Shown here: piece by piece, positions 13,142-21,914 of the stretch
How the letters are laid out: each line of letters opens with the position of its first letter
Position numbering within the stretch: position 1 is the stretch's first letter
Origin: a virus
Virus record (IMG/VR): IMGVR_UViG_3300018424_000004
DNA: 32,535 bases
Strand: one strand, 5' to 3'
The notes under the pieces: generated by a model
Told to the model about the DNA's origin: nothing
Databases searched by the model: none
What the model saw: only the letters and a program-made list of their open reading frames with translations
Position numbers and translations under genes: made by a program

Positions 13142-15275
13142 TCCCATTCTGAAAGAGGCCCTTGAGAAGTTCAAGGAGTCTCAAGACGGCTCAGAGTTTA
13201 ACCGGCAGGCGGCAGAGGATGATATTCGCTTTGCTCGGTTGTCTGACCAATGGCCGGACGATATTGCAAAGATACGGAAAGAGGAAGGCCGCCCCTTTTT
13301 AACGATTAACCGGCTGCCTGCGTACATTCGCCAAGTTGTTAATGAATCGAGGCAGAACAAGCCTGCGATTAAAGTTTCCCCTGTAGATAACGGGGCTGAC
13401 GTTAAAACTGCTGAGGTTATCGGCGGTTTGGTCCGGTCTGTCGAGCGCAAGAGCAACGCCGAGGTTGCTTACGATACGGCTATTGACCATTCAGTTACGG
13501 GTGGCTTCGGGTTCTTTCGGATTGATATTGACTACGCTCACCCTGATTCGTTTGACTTAGAAGCGCAGATAAACCGGATTCCTAATCCTTTAATGGTCCA
13601 TTGGGACACGAGTTCAACTGAATTCGACGCTTCCGATTGGGATTATGCCTTCGTGTCTGAAATGGTGCGGCTGGATGAGTATGAAAAAACATATCCCGGC
13701 GCTGACGCTGTTGACTTTGAAGGCGAGGACGAGGCCTTAACTGAGAATTGGCTTGATAATGAACAAGTTCGGGTTGCTGAGTATTGGACCCGCGAAGAGA
13801 ATAAGCGCACTATTATCCAATTATCGGACGGAAGGGTTGTTCGTGAAGATAACCTTTTTAACATAGCAAAGCGGTTCCTTGAAGACTTGGGCAAGGAATT
13901 TGCGGGGGCCGAGGAAGAACTGATTCGCTGGTTTATGGCGGAACAAGGTTTATCGGAAGTGCGCCGCCGTGAAGCTGCGTATCACGAGGTTAAGCGCCGG
14001 GTTATTTCGGGCGCTGATGTTTTAGAAGAAGAAGACTGGCCGGGTTCGACAATCCCGATTTGCCCTGTTTGGGGTGAGGAGGTTTATTCGGATGGACGCA
14101 GGCATTTCCGGTCGATGATTCGGGACGCTAAAGACCCGCAACAAATGACAAACTTCTGGCGGTCTGCTAGTACGGAATTGGTTGCATTGGCACCAAGAGC
14201 GCCTTGGGTTGTTGAAGAAGGCGCTATTCCTAAAGGTAAGGAAGCTAAGTGGCAAACGGCTAATACCCGTTCCCATCCTTATCTTGAGTATGCCAAGGGT
14301 TCTAATATGCCGCAGCGGCAGCCCTTCGCCGGTGTTCCTGCGGGCGCATTGCAAGAGGCCATGAACGCCGCTGAAGACATGCAGGACATTATGGGCATTT
14401 ACCCGTCCTCTATTGGTGCTCGGTCAAACGAAACATCCGGCAAGGCGATTCTTGCTAGAGAGCGTCAAGGTGACGTTTCCAACTTCCATTTCATCGATAA
14501 CCTTGCCCGCGCTATTCAATACGCCGGGCGGGTTCTGGTTGAGATTATCCCCTCGGTGTATTCCCCGCGCGAATCCATCCGTATTCTTGGCGAAGATATG
14601 AAGGAAGAAGTGGTTCAGCTAACCCAAGAGGCGGGCGGGGCTGATGATGAAGGCATTAACGGGCAGGATAAGCTCTACAACTTGTCGGTTGGGCGGTATG
14701 ACGTAACGGTATCAACGGGGCCGTCATTCGCGACTCAGCGAGAGGAAACCCGTGAAGCATTGATTGAGATTATGCGGAATATTCCTGACTCCGCCCAATA
14801 TATCGGTGACGTTCTCATGGAGCACATGGATTTCCAGGGCGCTGATAAGGTTTCTAAACGCTTGCAGATGCTTCTACCGCAGGCCGTAAGGGACGCGGAG
14901 AATGATGGTGATGCAATGCCGCCAGAGGCAAAGATGGCCTTGGCACAATCTCAGCAACAGGTTCAACAAATGCAACAGCAAATGCAGGAGTTGATAGGCA
15001 GATTGCAGCAGTCCGAGCAGGCGGTTAATGATAAGACGCAAGAGACGCAGGCCAGAGCTGCTAATGATGCGAGGCGCTTGGATTTAGAGGAACGCAAGGT
15101 TGCGGTGTCTGAGAGAGATATGGATTTAAAAGAAGCCATTGCTGAACATAATGCTGACGTTGACCTTGTTGACCAAGAGAATGAAGCGGTTAAGACCGCG
15201 TATGAAATAACAAACGCTGAATATCCCAACGAAGAAGCTTACGGCCCCCCGGATGACAGGGATATAGATATTTAG
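13125..15275 (+). CDS. Portal protein, P22 gp1-like
   Basis: DDIRFARLSDQWPDD...GRPFLTINRLPAYIRQVVNESRQNKPAIKVSPVD aligns by eye with P22 gp1 (NDLFFSRVSQWDDW...[24 protein letters not shown]). The long Q-rich coiled-coil C-terminus (QSQQQVQQMQQQMQELIGRLQQ) resembles the P22 portal barrel. Confidence 0.85.
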   Translation: MPETSDPILKEALEKFKESQDGSEFNRQAAEDDIRFARLSDQWPDDIAKIRKEEGRPFLTINRLPAYIRQVVNESRQNKPAIKVSPVDNGADVKTAEVIGGLVRSVERKSNAEVAYDTAIDHSVTGGFGFFRIDIDYAHPDSFDLEAQINRIPNPLMVHWDTSSTEFDASDWDYAFVSEMVRLDEYEKTYPGADAVDFEGEDEALTENWLDNEQVRVAEYWTREENKRTIIQLSDGRVVREDNLFNIAKRFLEDLGKEFAGAEEELIRWFMAEQGLSEVRRREAAYHEVKRRVISGADVLEEEDWPGSTIPICPVWGEEVYSDGRRHFRSMIRDAKDPQQMTNFWRSASTELVALAPRAPWVVEEGAIPKGKEAKWQTANTRSHPYLEYAKGSNMPQRQPFAGVPAGALQEAMNAAEDMQDIMGIYPSSIGARSNETSGKAILARERQGDVSNFHFIDNLARAIQYAGRVLVEIIPSVYSPRESIRILGEDMKEEVVQLTQEAGGADDEGINGQDKLYNLSVGRYDVTVSTGPSFATQREETREALIEIMRNIPDSAQYIGDVLMEHMDFQGADKVSKRLQMLLPQAVRDAENDGDAMPPEAKMALAQSQQQVQQMQQQMQELIGRLQQSEQAVNDKTQETQARAANDARRLDLEERKVAVSERDMDLKEAIAEHNADVDLVDQENEAVKTAYEITNAEYPNEEAYGPPDDRDIDI

Positions 15276-15391
15276 AGATTCTCTGAGCGCGGCAGCGTAG
15301 CAGGGTCATCGCCCTAACAGTCGGTTGAAAGACAGGACTTGAGGGGTAGGAGCGCAGAGATTGCGCCCCGTTCCCATAGATGGAGCAAAAA

Positions 15392-16324
15392 ATGGCAGAA
15401 GATGCAACCGTCCCCGAGGGGGAAGTTGAAGAAGTAGAAACCGAAGAAGCTGAGGAGGTTGAGGCCGAAGAGGTTGAGGCTGATGAAGCTGACGAGGTGG
15501 ACGAGTCCGATGATGAATCTGAGGATGAGTCCGAAGAAGAGGACGAGGAAGAAATCGAGGTTGATGAGTTCAACTTCGGTGGCAATAAGGTCGAAATTCC
15601 GAAGGGCGCTGTTCCCGAGGAACTAAAAGAGGCTATCCAGAAGTTCTCAGACGGCACTTGGTCCGACTACACCAAGGGAAAGCAGGATTTATCCGAGCGG
15701 GCTAAAACTATCGAAGCGCGTGAAAGCGCAGTCGAGAAGTTTGAGAGCTTGCAAGGCGAATCGCTGGAAAACTATTCACATGGCTTGAGAGTTAAAGCGG
15801 AAATTGAGCAGCTTTCGAGCGTTGATCTAAACGAGTTGTGGCAGTCCGACCCGGACCAGGCCCGCCGTGTTAGTGATGCGTTATCGGCAAAGCAGGCTGA
15901 ATTCCAAAGTATTGTTAATAAGGTCGCTCAAAGCGAGCAAGCCCTAACCAAAGCGCAAGAGGATGAAATCTCTCGGCGCAAGGAAGAGGGTAGGCAACTT
16001 ATCGAGCGCCGAATCAAGGGCTTCAACGAAAAGGAAGTTGTAGACTACGCGATTAAGGCCGGTATCAATGAAGCTGATGCTGGTAATTGGTCGCTGAATC
16101 CCGTCTTCACTGAAATGGCCCATAAGGCAATGCTTTATGACCGCGCTCAAGCCGGGGTTTCTAAGCCCAAACCTAAACCCGCGCAAGCCAAGCCCGTTAA
16201 GGCAATCAAGCCCAAAGGCAAGGCCACCGCAGCCAAGGATATTATCAAGGACGCTGAAAAGATGTCTTCTGATGAGTGGTTGCGTAGGCGCAATGCACAA
16301 ATATCGAAAAGGGCCGGACGATAG
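15392..16324 (+). CDS. Scaffolding protein with a hyper-acidic N-terminus
   Basis: Lies between portal and coat. GGAG, 6 nt, then ATG at 15392 (alternative 15380). About 60 aa of E/D/V/A repeats are followed by coiled-coil-like sequence and a basic C-terminal tail. Confidence 0.65.
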   Translation: MAEDATVPEGEVEEVETEEAEEVEAEEVEADEADEVDESDDESEDESEEEDEEEIEVDEFNFGGNKVEIPKGAVPEELKEAIQKFSDGTWSDYTKGKQDLSERAKTIEARESAVEKFESLQGESLENYSHGLRVKAEIEQLSSVDLNELWQSDPDQARRVSDALSAKQAEFQSIVNKVAQSEQALTKAQEDEISRRKEEGRQLIERRIKGFNEKEVVDYAIKAGINEADAGNWSLNPVFTEMAHKAMLYDRAQAGVSKPKPKPAQAKPVKAIKPKGKATAAKDIIKDAEKMSSDEWLRRRNAQISKRAGR

Positions 16325-16371
16325 GCCCTGGACTGTCGTGAGGCAGCCCGAATCCCTTTGAAGGAAATACA

Positions 16372-17586
16372 ATGGCTAATACCATTCTCACTCCCACCGC
16401 AGTGACGCGAGAGGCTTTGCGTATTCTGCACCAAAAGCTAAACTTTGTCGGCAACATCAACCGGCAATACGATTCGAGCTTCGCGCAATCGGGCGCAAAA
16501 ATCGGTGATAGCTTGAAAATCCGCCTTCCGAATCAATACACGGTTCGTAGCGGCGCGACGATCAACGCACAAGACACCGCAGAAACCAGCACAACGCTGC
16601 AAGTGGCGACTCAAAAGGGCGTGGATGTTAATTTCACCTCCGCCGAGTTGACGCTTGACTTGGACGACTTCTCGGATCGCATCCTTGAGCCCGCCATGAG
16701 CGTTTTGGCTGCAAACATCGAATCGGACGCTATGTCGATGTATAAGGACGTTTACAACGAGATTTCAGACGTTGGTGCGTCTGCCTCGTTGGCGCTTGTT
16801 CTTAACACGGCGAAACGTCTCACCGACAACCTGACGCCGACTTCACAGCGTTGCTTAAACATGGATACTCAGGCTAACGCCGATTTGGTATCCGCTGTCT
16901 CCGGTCTGTTTAATGATCCGGCGAAAATCAGCAAGCAATACCGTGAAGGCATGGTTGCTAACGACTTCCTGGGCTTTTCCAGTGTGTATCAAAATACGCT
17001 TTGGCCGATCCACACCACGGGAACGGATGACGGCACGGGCGATCATTTGGTTAGCTCCGCCGATCAAACCGGCGCAACCATCAACCACGGCTCGGAGGGT
17101 TCGGGTACGTTTAAGAAGGGCGATATTATCAGCTTTGTCGGTTGTAATCGCGTCCATCCCGAAACCAAAGCCGATACCGGCGTATTGATGCAGTTCGTCG
17201 TAACTGCGGATATGTCGGCAACGGATACGAGCGTTTCGATCAGCCCATCAATCGTGACTTCGGGGGCGACTCAAAACGTCTCCGCATCACCGACCAACGG
17301 CGGCGCGATCTACAAGCGCGAATCCGACAACTCGACGGCTATTGGAAACGCAGCGGACTATAAAATCTCTATGGGCTTCCATAAAGATGCGTTCGCGTTT
17401 GCTACCGCCGACTTGGTTAAGCCGAAGGGTGTTGATTTTTGCGCCCGTGAGGTCATGGACGGCATTTCGATGCGGATCGTTCGTGATTACGACATCAACA
17501 ACGACAAGCTGCCTTGCCGTATTGATGTTCTATACGGCTACAAAGCAATCCGGCCTGAGTTGGCTTGCCGCTTGGGGCTTAACTAA
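16372..17586 (+). CDS. Major capsid protein, P22 coat-like
   Basis: KGDIISFVGCNRV and the C-terminal LPCRIDVLYGYKAIRPELACRLG parallel P22 gp5 (KRGDKISFAGVKF ... [20 protein letters not shown]). Gene order also supports the call. Confidence 0.8.
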   Translation: MANTILTPTAVTREALRILHQKLNFVGNINRQYDSSFAQSGAKIGDSLKIRLPNQYTVRSGATINAQDTAETSTTLQVATQKGVDVNFTSAELTLDLDDFSDRILEPAMSVLAANIESDAMSMYKDVYNEISDVGASASLALVLNTAKRLTDNLTPTSQRCLNMDTQANADLVSAVSGLFNDPAKISKQYREGMVANDFLGFSSVYQNTLWPIHTTGTDDGTGDHLVSSADQTGATINHGSEGSGTFKKGDIISFVGCNRVHPETKADTGVLMQFVVTADMSATDTSVSISPSIVTSGATQNVSASPTNGGAIYKRESDNSTAIGNAADYKISMGFHKDAFAFATADLVKPKGVDFCAREVMDGISMRIVRDYDINNDKLPCRIDVLYGYKAIRPELACRLGLN

Positions 17587-17603
17587 GCCGTAAGGCTTTA
17601 GCG

Positions 17604-17632
17604 GGGAGGGCTTCGGCTCTCCCTGTTTTTTT
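17604..17632 (+). terminator. Rho-independent terminator/attenuator after the capsid gene
   Basis: GGGAGGGC, TTCG loop, GCTCTCCC (8-bp stem with one G:U), then TG and T7 (17626-17632). Confidence 0.7.
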
Positions 17633-17646
17633 AAGGAGAAAATAAA

Positions 17647-17901
17647 ATGGCTGTTACTTATTTGGGTGACAACAACCCCGATGGGCAATGTGTTGGATTG
17701 ACTAGCACCGAGCTCGTTGGTTTTCACGGTGCCACACCTACCGCGCAATCAAGCGGTTCGGCTGGCACAACTCTATCCGTGACGTACACGGCCAGCAACG
17801 GTTTCGGCTTCACGACTTCCGCCGAGATGGAGTCCGTGCTTGCACAGCTCGATTACATCGTGCACGTTCTTAACGAAAAGGGCCTTATCGCTGGCTCGTA
17901 A
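17647..17901 (+). CDS. Small S/T/G-rich structural protein (possible head decoration)
   Basis: AAGGAG RBS, positioned immediately after the coat gene. Contains TAQSSGSAGTTLSVTYTASNGFGFTTS. Confidence 0.5.
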   Translation: MAVTYLGDNNPDGQCVGLTSTELVGFHGATPTAQSSGSAGTTLSVTYTASNGFGFTTSAEMESVLAQLDYIVHVLNEKGLIAGS

Positions 17902-17986
17902 ACCTTTCCGGGTTAACGTCAACATTCATGGGGCGTGTAACCGGGAGGAAGCAGAAAATAACGCGCGGTATTGCGAGAGTTTAAAC

Positions 17987-18661
17987 TTGCCGCGTGTTTT
18001 GGATTACCCCGCCACGGTCGAGAGATTGGCCGTGTGCGGGAGTAGCCCAAACCTAGATATAGAAGCACTGAAAAAATTTGACGGCGATATATGGGCCGTC
18101 AATGGAACGGCTATGGTGTTAGCACACCATAAAATACCGTTTACAATGGTTTCTATTGACCCGTTTCACTATGACTGCGAGCGGATTATTAGAACGATTT
18201 TCAAGGATGTTGAAAGAGCAATATTAGCCCGGCACAGCAACCCTATTTTATTCGATTTTCTAAAAGGTAAGGACGTTAAGACGTTTAACTGTTTGCCCGA
18301 TGATGAAGATTATATTCCAGGTGGAACGACGACAGCTTCAAGAGCTGCCGTCCTTGCCTTAAAACTTGGGTATAAGGAAGTTCACTTTTTCGGCTTAGAG
18401 GGGAGTTTCTCGGGGCAATCCCATCTTTACAAGGATGAGGTTCCCGATTGGCATAAGTTAAAAATTGTGGCGGGGGAAAATTTTAATACTTGCGTCGAAT
18501 TGATGACGCAAAGCCATAATCTCGCGTCTTTTATCAAGAGATTTCCAAACATTTACAAGGACCGCTCCGGGGGGCTTCTCGCGGGGATGGTCGAGCATTT
18601 TGACACATGGGAAGTAACCGAAATGAGTGACGTTATCAGACAAAATCAGGTGGCGGCTTGA
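17987..18661 (+). CDS. DUF115/MptE-like (Maf-like) putative sugar transferase; start uncertain
   Basis: LAVCGSSPNL...IWAVNGTAMVLAHHKIPFTMVSIDP and PGGTTTASRAAVLALKLGYKEVHFFGLEGSF match the two conserved blocks of DUF115/Maf proteins. The frame has no ATG; candidate starts are TTG 17987, ATT 17924 and TTG 17840. Confidence 0.55.
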   Translation: MPRVLDYPATVERLAVCGSSPNLDIEALKKFDGDIWAVNGTAMVLAHHKIPFTMVSIDPFHYDCERIIRTIFKDVERAILARHSNPILFDFLKGKDVKTFNCLPDDEDYIPGGTTTASRAAVLALKLGYKEVHFFGLEGSFSGQSHLYKDEVPDWHKLKIVAGENFNTCVELMTQSHNLASFIKRFPNIYKDRSGGLLAGMVEHFDTWEVTEMSDVIRQNQVAA

Positions 18662-19413
18662 GCCTTTTAACGATTTGTCAGAATGCAGCGGATGAAATCG
18701 GCATAAGCCAACCGAGCACGATTGTCGGCAACACCGACTCCGAGGCGCGGAAGCTCCTTAGATATTCAAACCGTGTCGGCACAAGGTTGATGAAAAAGGT
18801 TCCGTGGGGCGTCTTGCGGGCCGAGGAAACCTTTACCGCGCTAAACCAAGAGATTCAAACGGGCATCTTACCGAGCGGATTTGACCGCTTTATTCCCGAG
18901 ACGTTTTGGGACAGAACGAACCGGCATTTATTGAGTGGCCCCGTCACTCCTGTCGAATGGAATAGTATAAAATCGGCAAACACTGTGGGGGGTAGAAAGT
19001 TTATCCTTCGCGCCGATCAGGTTCATATCTACCCGATAATGAGCGGCGGACAGGTTCTAGCGTTTGAATACGTCACTGAAAATTGGGTTTTAAACGCGAG
19101 TAGCGTTGCTAAGGCAAGTTTTACGGTAGACACCGACACATCTCGCATTGATGAGGAACTAATAACCAAAGGCGTGATTTGGGCGTTTCTACAGGGCGAG
19201 GGGCTTCCTTATTTGGAGGCCAAACAAGAATTTAACGATTACTTTGACATTATTCTTGAAAACGATCAGCCGGATTCCGGGATTATGGTAGCCGGAGATA
19301 TATTCGGCGGTGGGCGTCACTTCACCGGGGAGCCCGGTTCGCAATCCGGCGATATTGCCGGAGACGGCACGGCTTCGACCTGGGATGATAACAGCAATGT
19401 ATGGGGTAGCTAA
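18658..19413 (+). CDS. Virion structural protein, possible head-to-tail adaptor (P22 gp4-like position)
   Basis: The TTGA start overlaps the upstream stop and follows AGGTGG. The N-terminal LLTICQNAADEIGIS...DSEARKLLRYSNRVGTRL is loosely like the gp4 N-terminus. Confidence 0.35.
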   Translation: MSLLTICQNAADEIGISQPSTIVGNTDSEARKLLRYSNRVGTRLMKKVPWGVLRAEETFTALNQEIQTGILPSGFDRFIPETFWDRTNRHLLSGPVTPVEWNSIKSANTVGGRKFILRADQVHIYPIMSGGQVLAFEYVTENWVLNASSVAKASFTVDTDTSRIDEELITKGVIWAFLQGEGLPYLEAKQEFNDYFDIILENDQPDSGIMVAGDIFGGGRHFTGEPGSQSGDIAGDGTASTWDDNSNVWGS

Positions 19414-20426
19414 TGGCGGCGTCTGATTCATTAGAGGGGAAACCTTGGACCACAACCTATAAGGACTTATTACAGGTCCCCAATTCCAATGATGGAATTG
19501 ATGCGACGGCGCGGGCTGTCCAGGACGGCGAGGGCACGGAAACGCCCCTAAAGCTATCGACCACAGCGGTAAATATCGATTCAGGCTTTCAGATCGGCGG
19601 GGTGGCGGTTAGTGCGACAGCGGCGAACCTGAATGCAACCGCCGATACGGTTTCTCAGGCGGAAGCCGAGGCGGGAACGTCAACTACAGTTCGTGCCTGG
19701 ACCGCCGAGCGTGTTTCCCAGGCCATTACCGCGCTTTCTACCGGGATAACAGCGTCAAGCACGGACACATTAACAAATAAAACCGTTAACCTTGCCTCCA
19801 ATACACTGACCGGAACAACGGCGCAATTTAATACAGCTCTATCCGATGGCAGTTTTGCTACGTTGGCGGGTTCGGAGACATTAACCAATAAGACGCTAAC
19901 ATCTCCGACTATAACAACCGCCACAATTGATTTGTCCGCCGTAACGAGCGCGGGAGATTTAGCGGTCGCGGACGGCGGCACGGGTTCTTCCACGGCTTCT
20001 GGAGCAAGAACGAACCTTGGTCTTGTTATAGGAACAGACGTAGCCGCTTTAACGGGGGCTAATTCCGCTGTTGAAAGTTTCGTTGTGGCTGTTTCCGACG
20101 AAACGACAGATTTGACGATAGGTACGGCGAAGGTCACGTTTAGGATGCCTTACGCCTTCACCCTTACGGGCGTTCGGGCGAGTGTAACCACGGCTCCCAC
20201 AGGGACTACTTTAACGGTGGATATTAACGAATCCGGGACGACGATTCTTTCCACGAAATTAACCATTGATGTTAGTGAAAAAACGTCAACAACCGCTGCC
20301 ACGGCTGCGGTGATTTCCGATTCATCCCTTGCTGATGACGCTGAAATAACGATTGACATAGATCAAATTGGTTCAACGGTGGCTGGTGCCGGTTTGAAGG
20401 TTTACCTGATCGGCTATCAAACGTGA
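19413..20426 (+). CDS. Tail fibre/spike-like protein
   Basis: [25 protein letters not shown] and [22 protein letters not shown] are motifs common in phage fibre proteins. TLTNKT repeats are also present. Confidence 0.65.
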   Translation: MAASDSLEGKPWTTTYKDLLQVPNSNDGIDATARAVQDGEGTETPLKLSTTAVNIDSGFQIGGVAVSATAANLNATADTVSQAEAEAGTSTTVRAWTAERVSQAITALSTGITASSTDTLTNKTVNLASNTLTGTTAQFNTALSDGSFATLAGSETLTNKTLTSPTITTATIDLSAVTSAGDLAVADGGTGSSTASGARTNLGLVIGTDVAALTGANSAVESFVVAVSDETTDLTIGTAKVTFRMPYAFTLTGVRASVTTAPTGTTLTVDINESGTTILSTKLTIDVSEKTSTTAATAAVISDSSLADDAEITIDIDQIGSTVAGAGLKVYLIGYQT

Positions 20427-21253
20427 GTAATTTTCTAATCAATCCCTATTCCTTTTCTGCCGCCGCCGATGGTTCCTTTTATGGCGATTTGGTGACTTTG
20501 GGATTGGATACGAACTTGAAACTCTGCCTAGATGCGGGGTCGAGCGATTCCTATTCAAGTGGCCAAAAGTGGCTGGATTTAACGTCGAATGGGTATGATT
20601 TCTTCCTGGGGGCCACTGGGTCGGCAACGACGGACGACCCGACCCACAACGGGACGCCTGGTAATTTAAGCTCGTCTGAGTATTGGTCTTTCGACGGCGG
20701 GGATTATTTTCGGTACGATACGACGAATGAAACGTGGATGGAGAACATCCATAAAAATAATGCGCTGTTTTCCTTGGTCTTTTGGTATTACCCTTCAGGA
20801 ACGACTTCCGATAACAACATTATGGGTTCTTCCGGTGGGACGACTGGTATTATCTTCGGAAAAGACTCCCTTTCTGTCGGAAAGCAGGATTTTCGGGCGC
20901 AAAACGGCGGAAGCAATGCTATTTCCGTAACTGGTGACACGACGATTACAACCGCCGCGTGGCACATGATCGGGATTTCGATTGACGAAGCCACGGGGGC
21001 CGGTGGCGGGTTCTTGTACTTGGATGGTGGATACAATCAAGTTTCCGCGTCAAACACGTTCGACGCAACGTATTCCTCCCCGGCTACCGGAAGTGCAACA
21101 AACGCTCTTGAGATCGGCGCCCGCGGCGGCGCAAGTCTCCCCCTTAAATCTGGAACGCAGATTGCCGGTGTGATGGCCTGGGAAGGAACCGCTTTAACGA
21201 AGACTAATATGGATTCGATCTGGACACAACAGAAAGGCCGGTTCGGGTTATGA
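20423..21253 (+). CDS. LamG/concanavalin-A-like lectin-domain protein (putative receptor-binding accessory protein)
   Basis: W.DLTSNGYDF...FSLVFWYYP...AWHMIGISID...GFLYLDG...LEIGAR is a Laminin_G_3-like pattern. The GTGA start overlaps the upstream stop. Confidence 0.55.
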   Translation: MSNFLINPYSFSAAADGSFYGDLVTLGLDTNLKLCLDAGSSDSYSSGQKWLDLTSNGYDFFLGATGSATTDDPTHNGTPGNLSSSEYWSFDGGDYFRYDTTNETWMENIHKNNALFSLVFWYYPSGTTSDNNIMGSSGGTTGIIFGKDSLSVGKQDFRAQNGGSNAISVTGDTTITTAAWHMIGISIDEATGAGGGFLYLDGGYNQVSASNTFDATYSSPATGSATNALEIGARGGASLPLKSGTQIAGVMAWEGTALTKTNMDSIWTQQKGRFGL

Positions 21254-21513
21254 TGTTTTGGATTGTCGCGCCATCTGACAAAGAAACTGAATTGAGGGCC
21301 TTGTACGACCTAGCCATGATACCCGCCGATGAAGGCTTTGAAAAGATGGGTGTTCCGCAGTTTAATTTAGAAGGAACTAAAATTATCGTCGGAACGGGAC
21401 GGGCGACTCAGGAAGACTTCACGCGCGTTGCGGCCTACATCGTGCAGAATAATTTGGATTGGGTGGATATATATTCCGAGTTCCCTGAAGATTGGACGTT
21501 CCCAACCGAATGA
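21250..21513 (+). CDS. Hypothetical protein
   Basis: ATGA-coupled ORF of 87 aa. Confidence 0.5.
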   Translation: MMFWIVAPSDKETELRALYDLAMIPADEGFEKMGVPQFNLEGTKIIVGTGRATQEDFTRVAAYIVQNNLDWVDIYSEFPEDWTFPTE

Positions 21514-21914
21514 GTATTTTATTTTGCACACCCTGTTACGGTGGACAGGTGACGACCCATCATTTTCAGTCTTGTCTTGATCTTAAAGAAGTTCTAACGC
21601 AACGCGAAGTCGAGCATGATTGGCTTTTAATGTGGAACGAGTCTCTTGTTCAAAGAGCGAGGAACAATCTCGTTAAGCAATTTTGGGAAACCGAAAACGA
21701 AAAACTAATGTTCATTGATGCAGACATTGAGTTTACGGCGGAAGATGTTTGTGAATTATGGAACATGGAAACGGATATAGCGGTCGGTGTTTTGATCGCA
21801 ATCAGTGGCCTTAACGATATAAAGGCATCGAGGGATATGTTAAAAACGGCCATCGACGGCATGAACACGGCGCAGCTTAAGGCGCTCGACGTAAGCGACG
21901 GAATACACTGGTAA
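21510..21914 (+). CDS. Truncated GT-A-type glycosyltransferase-like protein (N-terminal half only)
   Basis: ILFCTPCYGG...NESLVQRARNNLVKQF...LMFIDADIEF is the nucleotide-sugar/DxD half of a GT2-like family. After DIAVGV the sequence diverges and ends about 40 aa later. The start is ATGA-coupled. Confidence 0.5.
   Translation: MSILFCTPCYGGQVTTHHFQSCLDLKEVLTQREVEHDWLLMWNESLVQRARNNLVKQFWETENEKLMFIDADIEFTAEDVCELWNMETDIAVGVLIAISGLNDIKASRDMLKTAIDGMNTAQLKALDVSDGIHW

Noticed and set aside
15400-15560. Degenerate short tandem repeats (gaagaag/gaggttgagg), considered as a non-coding repeat array
   Set aside because: They are in frame within the scaffold ORF and encode the acidic tract. There is no spacer-repeat structure.
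15190-15657. 155-aa minus-strand ORF rich in Ser (SSSSSSSDSSSDSSSDSS...)
   Set aside because: It is the antisense reading of the GAA/GAG-rich acidic scaffold repeat. It has no start context and overlaps confidently called genes.
19655-20137. 160-aa minus-strand ORF inside the fibre gene. Similar long antisense ORFs occur at 26243..26740, 9760..10086, 14022..14354 and 16855..17157.
   Set aside because: They lie fully inside well-supported plus-strand genes, have low-complexity Pro/Ala/Ser/Arg composition typical of antisense frames, and lack RBS or promoters.
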